NCBI GenBank assembly: GCA_002402465.1
Contig: DHFW01000009.1
Span: 14,553-78,552 of the forward strand
Length of the DNA stretch: 64,000 nt
DNA from: Bacteroidales bacterium UBA4814
Lineage (GTDB): Bacteria > Bacteroidota > Bacteroidia > Bacteroidales > UBA7960
Direction of reading: 5' to 3'
Part shown: in pieces, positions 38,619 to 48,942 of the stretch
Numbering within the stretch: position 1 is the first letter of the stretch
Layout of the letters: each line of letters begins with the position of its first letter
The notes under the pieces: generated by a model
The model's input: only the letters and a program-made list of their open reading frames with translations
Told to the model about the DNA's origin: nothing
The model's database searches: none
Translations under genes and position numbers: made by a program

Positions 38619-41042
38619 ATGCGATCAATTTTAAAATCATTTTTTTTAATAATTTTTGCTGCTTGCCAATTCATGTTTCCGGTCGTTTACAGCAGTTCGT
38701 TGGGTTCCTTGGGCGGTGACCATCCAGTTCAGGTAAAGCCCTATCAGCAATTGCTTGAATTTAACCGCATCTACCCTCAGCAAAAAGTGTATTTGCATAC
38801 GGATAAAAGTGATTATCTGGCTGGTGAGGTGATTTGGCTCAAGGCCTACTTGGTTTCTGCCAAAACGCATATCCCTGACACTTCCAGCACCAATCTCTTT
38901 GTTGAGCTTATTAATACCCGCAACCAGGTTGTCGATTTTAAGATTTTGCGTTTGCATAATGGGTTTGCCAATGGTGATATTCTCCTAAGCGACTCATTAC
39001 CAGATGGTAATTACCAGATTAAGGCTTATACTAACTGGATGAATAACTTTCATCCAGATTTCATTTTTCGAAAGGATATTTATGTGCACAACAAGGAGGA
39101 GGTTAACTATGCAACCAAGTCTGAGTTGCGCAGAAATATTCGCTTTAATTCGTCCTTGGCTGCTAAACAGGAGCAAATGCAATTTGCGTTTTTCCCTGAA
39201 GGTGGCAATATGATAGCAGGTTTGGAGAACAGGCTTGCTTTTAAAGCGGCCAACAGCCTTGGTGCTGGGCAGAAGGCCACGGGCGTAGTCTTGGATAGTA
39301 AGGGAAACGAAGTGGTCGCTTTTGAAACAATTCACGACGGGATGGGATACTTTTATTTTACACCCGAAAGTTCAGAGAAGTATAGTGCACAGGTTGTTTT
39401 CAGCAACGGAAACAAAATTTCAGCAGAGCTGCCAGATGCTTTTTTGCAGGGGTATCAGCTCAGGGTAGAGCCTAATGCTGATGGTTTTCATGTCAGGGTG
39501 CATGCAAATTTTGATCCCGAAAGTGTAGGTATAATACCGGAGATTGCCTTGTTGGCCCATACAAGGGGCAAAGTTCTGTTTTATGAGAAGGCAATGCTTT
39601 CAGATAGAAATTTTTATGCGGATTTTCCCATCGACATTTTTCCGGAGGGAATAACCCACCTGACTCTTTTTGGCCCGGGGGATTTACCTCTAGCAGAGCG
39701 ACTGGTTTTTGTTAATAAGGCCCTTTTGGCAGATGATGGTCCGGCACTAGCGTTTGATCGAACCTTGACAGACAGTTTGCTGGTTGTTGACCTAAAGTTT
39801 GATACTTTCAGTGAGCTGTCACCTTCGCAGGCCAGCTATTCGCTTGCGGTAACAGAAAACCGCGGCCATGACGATTTTTCCGAGTCCAACATAGCTGCGT
39901 ATTTTTTGCTTTCGAGCGACTTAGGAAAGACTATTAATAATCCTTGGTATTATTTTTCAGGAGTTGATGATCAAAGGGCAAAAGCAATAGACCTACTTAT
40001 GTTGACTCATGGTTGGCGACGTTTTGCATGGAATGATTTGCTGGCTGGGCGGTTTCCCGAGATAGAGTTTCATGAAGTTCGTGGTCTTTCTATTGCTGGT
40101 CAAGTCACGCCGGTTTCTTCCTCAAGGCCTTCAGGTGAATTGAATATTGAAATGTCAGTGGGTTATGCTGAGGATCGTCAAATTTTAAACACCAAGACAG
40201 ATTATGACGGATATTTTGCTTTTTCTGGTCTGTTTTATGAAAATGATTTTTCTGGATTGCTTTCAGTGCAGCGCGATTTGCGGGGACGCATTTACAGGGT
40301 AAATTTATTTAATGGCACAAGCAGAAGTTCTTCCTTCGAACATAATATAAATACCAGGTTTCATCAAAACATCAGGCAAGGCCCTGATTGGCGTAAAAGA
40401 AGTCGCCCAGGGTTTTTTAGTAGGTTTTTTGATAAAGATACACCCCGACAGGAAACAAAGACTCCCAGTTTGTATGGAACCCCGGACCAGGTTATTTATA
40501 TCGAGGATCTGACAGTGAATTATGCCAATGTTATCGAAATCCTCAGAGATCGGGTAACCGGTTTGGCAATTATTGGTGGAGAAATAACACTCAGAGGGCC
40601 GTCTAGCATAATGTTGAGCAGTGAACCCATGTTTATTGTTGATGATGTACAGGTAGATCGTTTTGCCTTTTTAAACATACCAGTGCCAGAAATAGAACGG
40701 ATCGAAGTCCTTAGGGGGCCTAGTACCGCAATTCTTGGCAGCCGGGGTGGAAACGGGGCATTGCTCATTTATACCCGACGGGCATCTCATATGCAACAAT
40801 ATTCCTACGAGTACCAGTTCAGGGGCTATCAGGTTCCGAATGAATTTTACATTTCAAGGATTGAAGTAAAAAAATTTGACGAAAGCCAGGTGCCACGAAC
40901 CATTTTGTGGGCTCCCAACATTACGCCCGATGAGAATGGCAGGGTTAGGGTGCGCATTCCTTATTTCAATGGTGGACAAGACCTGCGTTTCCGGCTCGAA
41001 GGAATCGATCAGAACGGGCAGATAACCTTCCTTCAGTTTTAG
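38619..41042 (+). CDS. Large secreted protein with an MG2/alpha-2-macroglobulin-like N-terminal region and a C-terminal TonB-receptor Plug domain, but no barrel
   Basis: The signal peptide is at MRSILKSFFLIIFAACQF (the track start at 38559 is probably too early). KVYLHTDKSDYLAGEVIWLKAYL is MG2-like. The C-terminus PMFIVDDVQVD...IERIEVLRGPSTAILGSRGGNGALLIYTRR is a Plug motif, and only ~80 residues follow it. Confidence 0.6.
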   Translation: MRSILKSFFLIIFAACQFMFPVVYSSSLGSLGGDHPVQVKPYQQLLEFNRIYPQQKVYLHTDKSDYLAGEVIWLKAYLVSAKTHIPDTSSTNLFVELINTRNQVVDFKILRLHNGFANGDILLSDSLPDGNYQIKAYTNWMNNFHPDFIFRKDIYVHNKEEVNYATKSELRRNIRFNSSLAAKQEQMQFAFFPEGGNMIAGLENRLAFKAANSLGAGQKATGVVLDSKGNEVVAFETIHDGMGYFYFTPESSEKYSAQVVFSNGNKISAELPDAFLQGYQLRVEPNADGFHVRVHANFDPESVGIIPEIALLAHTRGKVLFYEKAMLSDRNFYADFPIDIFPEGITHLTLFGPGDLPLAERLVFVNKALLADDGPALAFDRTLTDSLLVVDLKFDTFSELSPSQASYSLAVTENRGHDDFSESNIAAYFLLSSDLGKTINNPWYYFSGVDDQRAKAIDLLMLTHGWRRFAWNDLLAGRFPEIEFHEVRGLSIAGQVTPVSSSRPSGELNIEMSVGYAEDRQILNTKTDYDGYFAFSGLFYENDFSGLLSVQRDLRGRIYRVNLFNGTSRSSSFEHNINTRFHQNIRQGPDWRKRSRPGFFSRFFDKDTPRQETKTPSLYGTPDQVIYIEDLTVNYANVIEILRDRVTGLAIIGGEITLRGPSSIMLSSEPMFIVDDVQVDRFAFLNIPVPEIERIEVLRGPSTAILGSRGGNGALLIYTRRASHMQQYSYEYQFRGYQVPNEFYISRIEVKKFDESQVPRTILWAPNITPDENGRVRVRIPYFNGGQDLRFRLEGIDQNGQITFLQF

Positions 41043-41049
41043 GAAGATA

Positions 41050-42132
41050 TCAGGTTAGATGCATTAAAAAAGCCAGGGTGTCGATTCCATCGGCATAATC
41101 CCATAAGTCTGGTTGCTGGCTTTGGCCAAAGGGTACCGCTAAGGTGCCCTTTTCTTTTTTGCGTTGCACAATACACTGAATATTACCGGCCTCTTTTTCA
41201 AGGTATTTCTTCAGCCATTCCTTCGAGGGGTATTCTTCGTAGTGCACCACCGAAACGGGCGAAGAAAGCGAGGCGTCCGGTTTCAGCAAGCAAAAGCCGG
41301 TATCTTTGTGCCAGGTGCGGTTTACTATATATATGGCCTTAAAGTACTCGTAATTGTTATAATACTTATGGTTGTAAGCCACTTTACCAAAAGGTTCCCA
41401 GGCATTTTGCAGTGCGGAAAAGTCATAACCTTTGGGTACCAGTAGTTTGGAAACATTGCGGCAGCCCAGCCCGAAAAACGAAAAAACATCGCTGCCCAGG
41501 CACTGCAACTCCTCAGGGGTTTCATCGCCCTCTAAAATGGCCACCGAGTTCCTGTTTTTTCTGATAATGTGCGGATACCGGCCAAAATAATATTCGAAAT
41601 AGCGGGCGCTGTTGTTGCTGCCGGTTGCAATAACTGCATTAAAACCATTGATGGGGCTTTCGGAAAAGGTCATGCTTTCGCGGAAAGCGGGCTCTATCTC
41701 CGTGAGAAGTTTGCCCAGGGCTACAGGCAGCCTGTTATCCTGTGAGGATAGTTTTCCAAGAAACTGGTGACCTGCGGTCAATACGCACAAAAAGTCATGA
41801 AAGCCCACAAGGGGGATGTTGCCTGCCATGATCACGGCCACCTTTCGGCTGCCTGACTCTTTTGCTGCAATCAGGTCGGGATAATTCTCAACCCATTTTT
41901 TCAGCTTGTTTTCATCGAGCATTTCTCCTAAGGCTTCGAGGGCGCTTTCCACGTTTTCTGCAGTAAACCAGGGGTTATACCCGGGTGCCTCTTTTGCTTC
42001 GCGAAAAAGCTTTTGGGAAGCCGTTCCTGACAACTGGCTTTCGTTACCGCTGCCAAGGGCGGCAGCAATGGTTTTTAACTCCTTTCCCAGTAGGGAAAAG
42101 GCATTAATGCGCTTGTCGATGGTCAGTGGCAT
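41050..42132 (-). CDS. LuxC-family acyl-CoA reductase-like protein
   Basis: 360 aa. The layout (NPWFTAENV..., MAGNIPLVGFHD, ATGSNNSARYFEYYF) matches the acyl-CoA reductase family widespread in Bacteroidota. Confidence 0.6.
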   Translation of the reverse strand: MPLTIDKRINAFSLLGKELKTIAAALGSGNESQLSGTASQKLFREAKEAPGYNPWFTAENVESALEALGEMLDENKLKKWVENYPDLIAAKESGSRKVAVIMAGNIPLVGFHDFLCVLTAGHQFLGKLSSQDNRLPVALGKLLTEIEPAFRESMTFSESPINGFNAVIATGSNNSARYFEYYFGRYPHIIRKNRNSVAILEGDETPEELQCLGSDVFSFFGLGCRNVSKLLVPKGYDFSALQNAWEPFGKVAYNHKYYNNYEYFKAIYIVNRTWHKDTGFCLLKPDASLSSPVSVVHYEEYPSKEWLKKYLEKEAGNIQCIVQRKKEKGTLAVPFGQSQQPDLWDYADGIDTLAFLMHLT

Positions 42133-42163
42133 GTTTGTGGCTTTGAAAAGTATTGTAGCTTCT

Positions 42164-42171
42164 TATCTTTG
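42164..42171 (+). promoter_or_regulatory. -7 promoter box TATCTTTG upstream of the 42223 gene
   Basis: Matches TAnnTTTG and lies in the divergent intergenic region. Confidence 0.35.
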
Positions 42172-42222
42172 CAACATAAAAACGAAGATAAGCGTTTATT
42201 CCTGAAAATTAAAACCCGTTTT

Positions 42223-43137
42223 ATGCTGCGTAAATATCTGTTGTGGTTTTTTGCAGGCTTGCTTTTTGCGATCCCTGTTTTGGCTCAGAATCAACAAGAA
42301 GTCACCGTAAGTGAGTTTGCCGCACTCGAGGATTCACTGCATCGAATGGCCATGTCGATTATCGAACCCAGGTATGATCAGGAACGCCTGGAAAGAAATG
42401 CTGCATTTGAAGCCGCCCTGCGTGGGGCATTGTTGCTCGATAGTGCTTTAACCAATCGTTTCGACTCAGTTCGGACGGTATCTTTTTTACACAGCCCCGA
42501 TGGGCGGTTTCGGATAGTGAGCTGGTATGTGCCACTTTTGAGCGGGCATTTCAGGTATTTTGGCTTTGTGCAGGTTGCTCCCTCCCTTAAGCAACCCGCA
42601 CAACTGATTCCGCTTACGGATATGACCGCAAATATTACGCAGGTTTCGGCCAGAGAGCTGGGCCCCGACGAATGGTATGGGGCCTATTACTACGAGCTTA
42701 TTCACCTGAGGCATCGCAGGCACGATTACTATACCCTGCTAGGCTGGAAGGGCGATAATCCGGCAACGCGCAAAAGGGTTATTGAGCCTTTCGTTCTTAC
42801 CGAAAGCGGCCCCGTGTTTGGGGCCCGGGTTTTCGACAGCGGCGGACGCCAGCCCTATCGTGTCATTTTTGAGTACTCCGCCAGGGTAAGCATGAGCCTG
42901 AGATATCATTCCGATTTTGTGGTGAAGCGACGGCGAACTGTTCCTATGATCATTTTCGACCGTCTTTCGCCCACCCACGAAAGCCTGCGTGGAAACTTCA
43001 GCCAATACGTGCCCGAAGTCAATGTTTTCGACGGGTTCAGGTTTGACGATGGCCGATGGGTGTATGTTCCCGATGTAGATGCAAGGGTTGCCATTGACCC
43101 CTCGCTTAAGCCCCTGAACCCTCCCCGGAACCCTTAA
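42223..43137 (+). CDS. Secreted hypothetical protein
   Basis: Signal peptide MLRKYLLWFFAGLLFAIPVLAQ at the internal ATG 42223 (track start 42169). I recognise no domain. Confidence 0.55.
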   Translation: MLRKYLLWFFAGLLFAIPVLAQNQQEVTVSEFAALEDSLHRMAMSIIEPRYDQERLERNAAFEAALRGALLLDSALTNRFDSVRTVSFLHSPDGRFRIVSWYVPLLSGHFRYFGFVQVAPSLKQPAQLIPLTDMTANITQVSARELGPDEWYGAYYYELIHLRHRRHDYYTLLGWKGDNPATRKRVIEPFVLTESGPVFGARVFDSGGRQPYRVIFEYSARVSMSLRYHSDFVVKRRRTVPMIIFDRLSPTHESLRGNFSQYVPEVNVFDGFRFDDGRWVYVPDVDARVAIDPSLKPLNPPRNP

Positions 43138-43357
43138 AGAAAAGCCATAAATAAGGCGGTTTTTCTTTTTTGTATGGTTTAAATTTGCCAACTTTGCAGA
43201 GGAGAGCACCAACCGGGTCCCTTGGTTTTGGGCGCTGTTTTCTGTTGGTTTCTTTTTTGATTGGTTTCCTTTTTTTTAAAGAAAAAGGCGTGTAAGGAAT
43301 TAAAATAAATTTTCCAATAAAACCTTTTTAGTAAAACACTCTTAAACCCCACTTGTA

Positions 43358-44431
43358 ATGAAAAAGCATAATTTTAGCGCAGGGCCCTCGGTTTTGGCCC
43401 GCGAGGTCATCGAAAACACCGCTAAGGCAGTTCTCGATTTGAATGGCAGCGGCCTGTCTGTCATGGAAATTTCGCACCGCGGCAAAGACTTTCAGGCCAT
43501 AATGGATGAGGCAGTAGCCCTTTTCAAGGAAGTGCTGAATATCCCCGAAGGATATCATGTGCTTTTCCTGGGTGGTGGCGCCAGCCTGCAGTTTGCCATG
43601 GTGCCCTACAACCTGCTTGGTAAAAAGGCAGCTTACCTCGAAACCGGTGTGTGGGCCAAGAAAGCCATCAAAGAAGCCAAACAGTTTGGCGAAGTAGAAG
43701 TAATTGGCTCTTCGGCTGATAAGAACTTCAGCTACATTCCCAAAGGCTGGAAAATCCCCGCCGATGCCGACTATTTCCACATCACTACCAACAACACCAT
43801 TTACGGTACTGAAATTTTCGAAGACTTCGACAGCCCCGTGCCGCTGGTGGCCGATATGTCGTCCGACATTTTCAGCCGTCCTCTCGACGTTTCAAAATAT
43901 GCCCTCATTTATGGCGGTGCCCAAAAAAACCTCGGCCCAGCAGGCGTTACCTTTGTTATTGTTCGCGAAGACATCCTGGGTAAGGTAGATCGAACCATCC
44001 CCACCATGCTTAACTACAAAACGCACATCGACAATGGCAGCATGTTCAACACACCTCCTTGTTTGCCCATTTACACTTGCATGGAAACCCTGCGCTGGCT
44101 CAAGAAGCTTGGCGGCCTGGAGGCCATGCAGAAAAGAAATCAGGAAAAGGCCCAGTTGCTTTATGATGAGATTGACCGCAACTCAATGTTTGTAGGCACC
44201 GCCGAAAAGGAAAGCCGTTCGCTCATGAACATTTGCTTCGTTTTTAAGCCCGAGTACGAAGAGCTGCAGGCCGAATTCCTGGCCTTCACCGGCAAAAAAG
44301 GCATGAGCGGCCTCAAAGGTCACCGTTCGGTTGGCGGTTTCAGAGCATCCACATACAACGCCCTGGAACCCGAAAGTGTTGTGGCCCTGGTGGAAGCCAT
44401 GCAAGAGTTCGAAAAGCTTCACGCCAAGTAA
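43358..44431 (+). CDS. serC: Phosphoserine aminotransferase
   Basis: 357 aa. [13 protein letters not shown]...[10 protein letters not shown]...[13 protein letters not shown] is the canonical SerC pattern. Confidence 0.9.
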   Translation: MKKHNFSAGPSVLAREVIENTAKAVLDLNGSGLSVMEISHRGKDFQAIMDEAVALFKEVLNIPEGYHVLFLGGGASLQFAMVPYNLLGKKAAYLETGVWAKKAIKEAKQFGEVEVIGSSADKNFSYIPKGWKIPADADYFHITTNNTIYGTEIFEDFDSPVPLVADMSSDIFSRPLDVSKYALIYGGAQKNLGPAGVTFVIVREDILGKVDRTIPTMLNYKTHIDNGSMFNTPPCLPIYTCMETLRWLKKLGGLEAMQKRNQEKAQLLYDEIDRNSMFVGTAEKESRSLMNICFVFKPEYEELQAEFLAFTGKKGMSGLKGHRSVGGFRASTYNALEPESVVALVEAMQEFEKLHAK

Positions 44432-44589
44432 TTAACCCGGCAAAATTTAATTGTCTTGCTTAAAATCTTTGTGGATTTTGTGCCTTCTCCGGAAAATTTG
44501 TGAAATATTTTCTTCACAGTAATCCTGTGGAGGCGCAAAACTCACAAGGTTTAAATAACCAGATTAATCACAACTCAAAATAATTCATT

Positions 44590-45513
44590 ATGAAAAAAGT
44601 ACTGGTTGCAACCGAAAAGCCCTTTGCTCCCGTGGCTGTAAACGGGATAAAAACCGTGCTCGACGAGGCCGGGTATGAAATGATCCTGCTCGAAAAATAC
44701 ACTTCCGTGGATGATTTAAAGGCAGCCGTTGCCAAGGCCGATGCTATGATCATTCGCAGCGACAAGGCCACCCGCGAGGTGATGGAAGCCGCTTCTTCGC
44801 TGAAAATTATTGTCAGGGCCGGCGCCGGCTACGACAACATCGACTTGCAAGCCTGCAACGAAAAAGGCATAGTAGCCATGAATACCCCCGGGCAAAACTC
44901 CAATGCCGTGGCAGAACTGGCCTTTGCCTTGATGCTGTATTCGATCAGGAATGCTTTCAGTGGCGCATCTGGCACCGAGCTCCGCGGAAAATCCATTGGT
45001 ATTCATGCCTATGGAAACGTGGGAAAATACGTGGCAGAAATAGCCAAAGGCTTCGGCATGAAAATTTTTGCCTTCGATCCCTTTGTGAAAAAAGAAGACA
45101 TTGAGAAGGATGGCATAACGGCACTGGACAGTGTGGAAGAATTGTACAAAACTTGCCAGTATATTTCGCTGCACATCCCGGCCAACGACCAGACTAAAAA
45201 ATCAATCAATTACGACCTGCTGAAGCAAATGCCAAAAAAAGCTATGCTGGTTAACACCGCCCGCAAGGAAGTAATTGACGAGGAAGGCCTGCTGAAGCTC
45301 ATGGAAGAACGCGAAGATATACGCTATGTTTCCGACATCGCTCCCGACACCAGGGCCGATTTCGAAGCCAAATTTCCCGGAAGGGTAGTTTTTACAGCCA
45401 AGAAAATGGGCGCCCAGACATCCGAGGCAAACATCAACGCTGGCATTGCCGCTGCTAAGCAGATCGTGGCTTTCTTCGAAAAAGGCGATGTAACCTTTAA
45501 AGTAAACAAATAG
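44590..45513 (+). CDS. serA: D-3-phosphoglycerate dehydrogenase (short form, no ACT domain) / D-2-hydroxyacid dehydrogenase
   Basis: 307 aa. It has a Rossmann GxGxxG motif (IHAYGNVG) and RAGAGYDNID. Its position directly downstream of serC supports the call. Confidence 0.7.
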   Translation: MKKVLVATEKPFAPVAVNGIKTVLDEAGYEMILLEKYTSVDDLKAAVAKADAMIIRSDKATREVMEAASSLKIIVRAGAGYDNIDLQACNEKGIVAMNTPGQNSNAVAELAFALMLYSIRNAFSGASGTELRGKSIGIHAYGNVGKYVAEIAKGFGMKIFAFDPFVKKEDIEKDGITALDSVEELYKTCQYISLHIPANDQTKKSINYDLLKQMPKKAMLVNTARKEVIDEEGLLKLMEEREDIRYVSDIAPDTRADFEAKFPGRVVFTAKKMGAQTSEANINAGIAAAKQIVAFFEKGDVTFKVNK

Positions 45514-45535
45514 AAAACCTTAATAATTTAATTAG

Positions 45536-46780
45536 ATGGCGATTTTAAAACCATTCAAAGGCTGGCGCCCCCCAAAAGAGATTGTGAAAGATTTGGCTTC
45601 AAGGCCTTATGATGTGCTCAACTCTGAGGAAGCCCGCGCCGAGGCCGGTGAAAACCCCTACAGTTTTTTGCGTGTAGTAAAACCCGAAATTGAACTGCCC
45701 GAAGGTACAAACCTGTATTCGCAGCAGGTTTACGACAAGGCCGTTGAGAACTTCCGGAAGTTTCAGAATAAAGGTTACCTGAAACAAGACCCCAAACCCA
45801 ATTTTTATGTGTATGCACAAACCTGGGATGAGAAAATTCAATACGGCATTGTTGGCTGTGCAGGCGTTGAGGATTACCTGAACAACGTGATCAAAAAACA
45901 TGAACTGACTCGTCCCGACAAGGAAGAAGACCGCATGAAGCATGTGCGCGTAATCAATGCCAACGCTGAGCCCGTATTCTTTACTTATCGGGCTGTGCCC
46001 GAAATCGATGCCATAGTGGCAGGCATTACCAAAAACCCACCGGAATACGATTTTGTGGCCGACGATGGCTTTGGCCATAAATTCTGGGTGATCGAAGACA
46101 ATGATACCGTTAAGACCCTGGAGGAACTTTTTGCTGAGGTGCCTGCCTTCTATGTGGCCGACGGCCACCACCGCACCGCCGCAGCCGCACTGGTGGGGGC
46201 TGAAAAAAAGAAAAACAACCCCAACCACACCGGAAACGAAGAGTACAACTTTTTTATGGCTGTATTATTCCCTGACAACCAGTTAACTATTAATGATTAC
46301 AATCGCGTGGTGAAAGATCTTAACGGCCTGTCCAAGGAAGATTTTCTTGCAAAGTTGAGCAAGGATTTTGTGGTGGAAGAAAAAGGACTTCTTGAGCTAA
46401 AACCTGAAAAGTTGCATACTTTTACCATGTATCTCGATGGTATGTGGTACTCCATGGAAGCCAAACCCGGAACTTACGATGATAATGATCCGATTGGTGT
46501 TCTCGATGTGACTATTTTGTCAAATCTGGTGCTTGATGAGATTTTGGGCATAAAAAACCTGCGTACCGACAAGCGCATCGACTTCGTGGGTGGTATTCGC
46601 GGGCTGGGTGAGCTAAAACGCAGAGTGGACAGCGGCGAAATGGCCGTGGCTTTCGCTTTGTATCCGGTTAGCATGAAACAACTGCTCCACATTGCCGATA
46701 CCGGCAACATTATGCCCCCGAAAACTACCTGGTTTGAGCCCAAGTTGCGCAGCGGATTGGTGGTGCATACGTTGGATTAA
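45536..46780 (+). CDS. DUF1015-family protein
   Basis: 414 aa. The MAILKPFKGWRP opening and the ADGHHR motif are characteristic of DUF1015. Confidence 0.75.
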   Translation: MAILKPFKGWRPPKEIVKDLASRPYDVLNSEEARAEAGENPYSFLRVVKPEIELPEGTNLYSQQVYDKAVENFRKFQNKGYLKQDPKPNFYVYAQTWDEKIQYGIVGCAGVEDYLNNVIKKHELTRPDKEEDRMKHVRVINANAEPVFFTYRAVPEIDAIVAGITKNPPEYDFVADDGFGHKFWVIEDNDTVKTLEELFAEVPAFYVADGHHRTAAAALVGAEKKKNNPNHTGNEEYNFFMAVLFPDNQLTINDYNRVVKDLNGLSKEDFLAKLSKDFVVEEKGLLELKPEKLHTFTMYLDGMWYSMEAKPGTYDDNDPIGVLDVTILSNLVLDEILGIKNLRTDKRIDFVGGIRGLGELKRRVDSGEMAVAFALYPVSMKQLLHIADTGNIMPPKTTWFEPKLRSGLVVHTLD

Positions 46781-46800
46781 ATTATTGCTTGATTTTTTTT

Positions 46801-46839
46801 GAAGAGGCTGGTACTTGCTGCTGGCCTCTTCCTTTTTTT
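46801..46839 (+). terminator. Rho-independent terminator after the DUF1015 gene
   Basis: gaagaggc (46801-46808) pairs with gcctcttc (46824-46831), followed by cttttttt. Confidence 0.7.
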
Positions 46840-46929
46840 ACAAGTTCTTGATCAGACAAACTAATGGGAAAGCCAGTTTATTTTCAAAAAAACTTTCCTG
46901 GCAAGGTTTTAAATTCAGAAAAATATTTT

Positions 46930-46937
46930 TATCTTTG
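46930..46937 (+). promoter_or_regulatory. -7 promoter box TATCTTTG upstream of rpmE2
   Basis: Matches TAnnTTTG. It is followed by GCAGTCC, the same extension seen at the rpsA promoter. It lies about 150 nt upstream of the L31 ATG. Confidence 0.45.
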
Positions 46938-47087
46938 CAGTCCTGAAAAAACAAGCAAACAAGCTAGTCAGGATTTAACAAAAAAAAAGCATTTAACCGG
47001 GCTGTTTAATAAACACTTTTGAAGCACCTCAGTAATTGGGATTCAACACTTCAACACGCTGACCGGCTTCAAAAAATAAAAAGTATT

Positions 47088-47348
47088 ATGAAAAAAGATA
47101 TCCATCCCAAAGACTATCGTTTTGTCGTTTTCAAGGACATGTCGAACGACTACGCCTTTCTTACCCGCTCAACGGCTGCCACCAAGGAAACCATTGAATG
47201 GGAAGATGGTAAGGAATACCCCCTGGTAAAACTGGAAATTTCGCATACCTCTCACCCGTTCTACACCGGTAAGCAGCAGCTTGTAGATACCGCAGGACGT
47301 GTAGATAAGTTCCGCACTAAGTACCAGAAACACCTCAAGCAGAAATAA
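47088..47348 (+). CDS. rpmE2: 50S ribosomal protein L31, type B (no Cys/zinc motif)
   Basis: [15 protein letters not shown]...[20 protein letters not shown] has the L31 signature and no CxxC. The start is the ATG at 47088, not the track's upstream TTG at 47019. Confidence 0.9.
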   Translation: MKKDIHPKDYRFVVFKDMSNDYAFLTRSTAATKETIEWEDGKEYPLVKLEISHTSHPFYTGKQQLVDTAGRVDKFRTKYQKHLKQK

Positions 47349-47378
47349 TTAGAAAATCTCTTCAGGATACTTTTTTAC

Positions 47379-47405
47379 AAGCCCTTTGTTAAGGGCTTTT
47401 TTTTT
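47379..47405 (+). terminator. Rho-independent terminator after rpmE2
   Basis: aagccctt / aagggctt forms a perfect 8-bp stem with a 4-nt loop, followed by a long T-run. Confidence 0.8.
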
Positions 47406-47470
47406 AATAATTTTTTCTATCTTTATTCGTTTTTGAGCCACAACCTATTGACAAACTAACCATAAGTACT

Positions 47471-48658
47471 ATGAATTATATTCTTTTCGGCGACCAAACC
47501 CGCACCCACTTGCTTCCTTTTACCTTTATCCGCCCTTTGGCCGATATCAGGGTAGGCATCCTAACCATTCGTGAGAAATGGGAACACTACCTCGGCAAAG
47601 AAACATCCTCACTCACCCAGGACTACCTCAGCGTGAAATTTCCACTGGTAAAGGAAGAGGATAATGTACTAATCAATGCCAGTGTTTTTCCCAACAAAAA
47701 ACTTGTGGCCGAGATTGGCCGTTTACAATTCAATCAAACCCTGGTTAGCGGCGATACCCTCCTGGCTCACCGGCTGCGCGACAAAGATGTCGACAATCTC
47801 GATACCGACCTGCTGGAAGCCTTGGAGCCCATGGAGAGTTCTGCAGAGATAATTAAGATTAGTAATCTGTGGGACATTGTAACCCTAAACGATCAGGCTA
47901 TTCTGGATGATTTTGCATTGCTTACCAAAGGCCGTAAAAGCCAGCCACTGGGGGAGCATGTGCGCGTTATTGCCCCCGAAAATGTGTTTGTGGAAGAGGG
48001 TGCCGTGCTTGAAATGGCTTATGTAAATGCTTCTGAAGGGCCTGTATATATCGGGAAAAATGCCCACATCATGGATGGTGCTCTGCTGAGGGGGCCACTG
48101 GCCGTGGGTGAGCACTCCAAGATAAGAATGGGCGCAAAAATTTATCCGGGATCCTCCATTGGCCCGCACTGCAAAGTGGGCGGCGAAATGAGCCATTCGG
48201 TAATTTTTGGCTATACAAATAAGGCCCACGATGGTTTCCTGGGCCACAGTGTTATTGGCGAATGGTGCAACCTGGGCGCGGATACCAACGCCTCAAACCT
48301 GAAAAACAATTACGATGAGGTGCGCCTGTGGGATTACGCTGAAAACAGCTTTGTAAACACCGGCCTGCAGTTTTGCGGCACTTTCATGGGCGACTATTCC
48401 AAATGCGGCATCAACACCATGTTCAACACGGGCACGGTGGTAGGCATCAACGCTCAGATTTTCGGCGCCGGCTTTATGCGCAACTTTATTCCGTCGTTTT
48501 CCTGGGGCAGCGTAGCTGGCTTCAGCAATGTAGATATAAACAAAGCCGTGCAGGTTGCAAAGCGGGTGCATGCTCGCCGTGGTCTCAACTTCGGCGAAGC
48601 CGAAGAGCATATCCTTCGAAACGTCTACAATCAGTCGTTCAATTACCGGCGGCTGTAA
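47471..48658 (+). CDS. GlmU-like putative sugar-phosphate nucleotidyltransferase with a left-handed beta-helix C-terminal domain
   Basis: 395 aa. The N-terminus LLPFTFIRPLADIRVGILTIREKWE is followed by hexapeptide-repeat-rich sequence (IGKNAHIMDGALLRGPLAVGEHSKIRMGAKIYPGSSIGPHCKVGGE). Confidence 0.65.
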   Translation: MNYILFGDQTRTHLLPFTFIRPLADIRVGILTIREKWEHYLGKETSSLTQDYLSVKFPLVKEEDNVLINASVFPNKKLVAEIGRLQFNQTLVSGDTLLAHRLRDKDVDNLDTDLLEALEPMESSAEIIKISNLWDIVTLNDQAILDDFALLTKGRKSQPLGEHVRVIAPENVFVEEGAVLEMAYVNASEGPVYIGKNAHIMDGALLRGPLAVGEHSKIRMGAKIYPGSSIGPHCKVGGEMSHSVIFGYTNKAHDGFLGHSVIGEWCNLGADTNASNLKNNYDEVRLWDYAENSFVNTGLQFCGTFMGDYSKCGINTMFNTGTVVGINAQIFGAGFMRNFIPSFSWGSVAGFSNVDINKAVQVAKRVHARRGLNFGEAEEHILRNVYNQSFNYRRL

Positions 48659-48681
48659 AACGGCCCGCAATGAATTATCCG

Positions 48682-48714
48682 GGTGCTTTGCCGAACATGC
48701 AAAGCACCTTTTTT
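48682..48714 (+). terminator. Rho-independent terminator after the GlmU-like gene
   Basis: ggtgctttgc (48682-48691) pairs perfectly with gcaaagcacc (48699-48708), followed by tttttt. Confidence 0.85.
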
Positions 48715-48942
48715 GTTATAAACCTGACAAATGGCTGCTTTTTGCAAGCTGATCCTTTATGGCACGGCTGTTGCTAATTTCTAATGTCTGATTTTTTAAG
48801 TACTTTTTTTAAATGCCGGATGGTATGTAAAGCTTTGGTTTTACAATGGTTATAAAAATTTTAAAAAAAAGGACAAGGGGTATGTAATAATTGCCTGCCT
48901 TTTTTTCATTTATTAATGACATTTTGACGTTAAAATTCTGAT

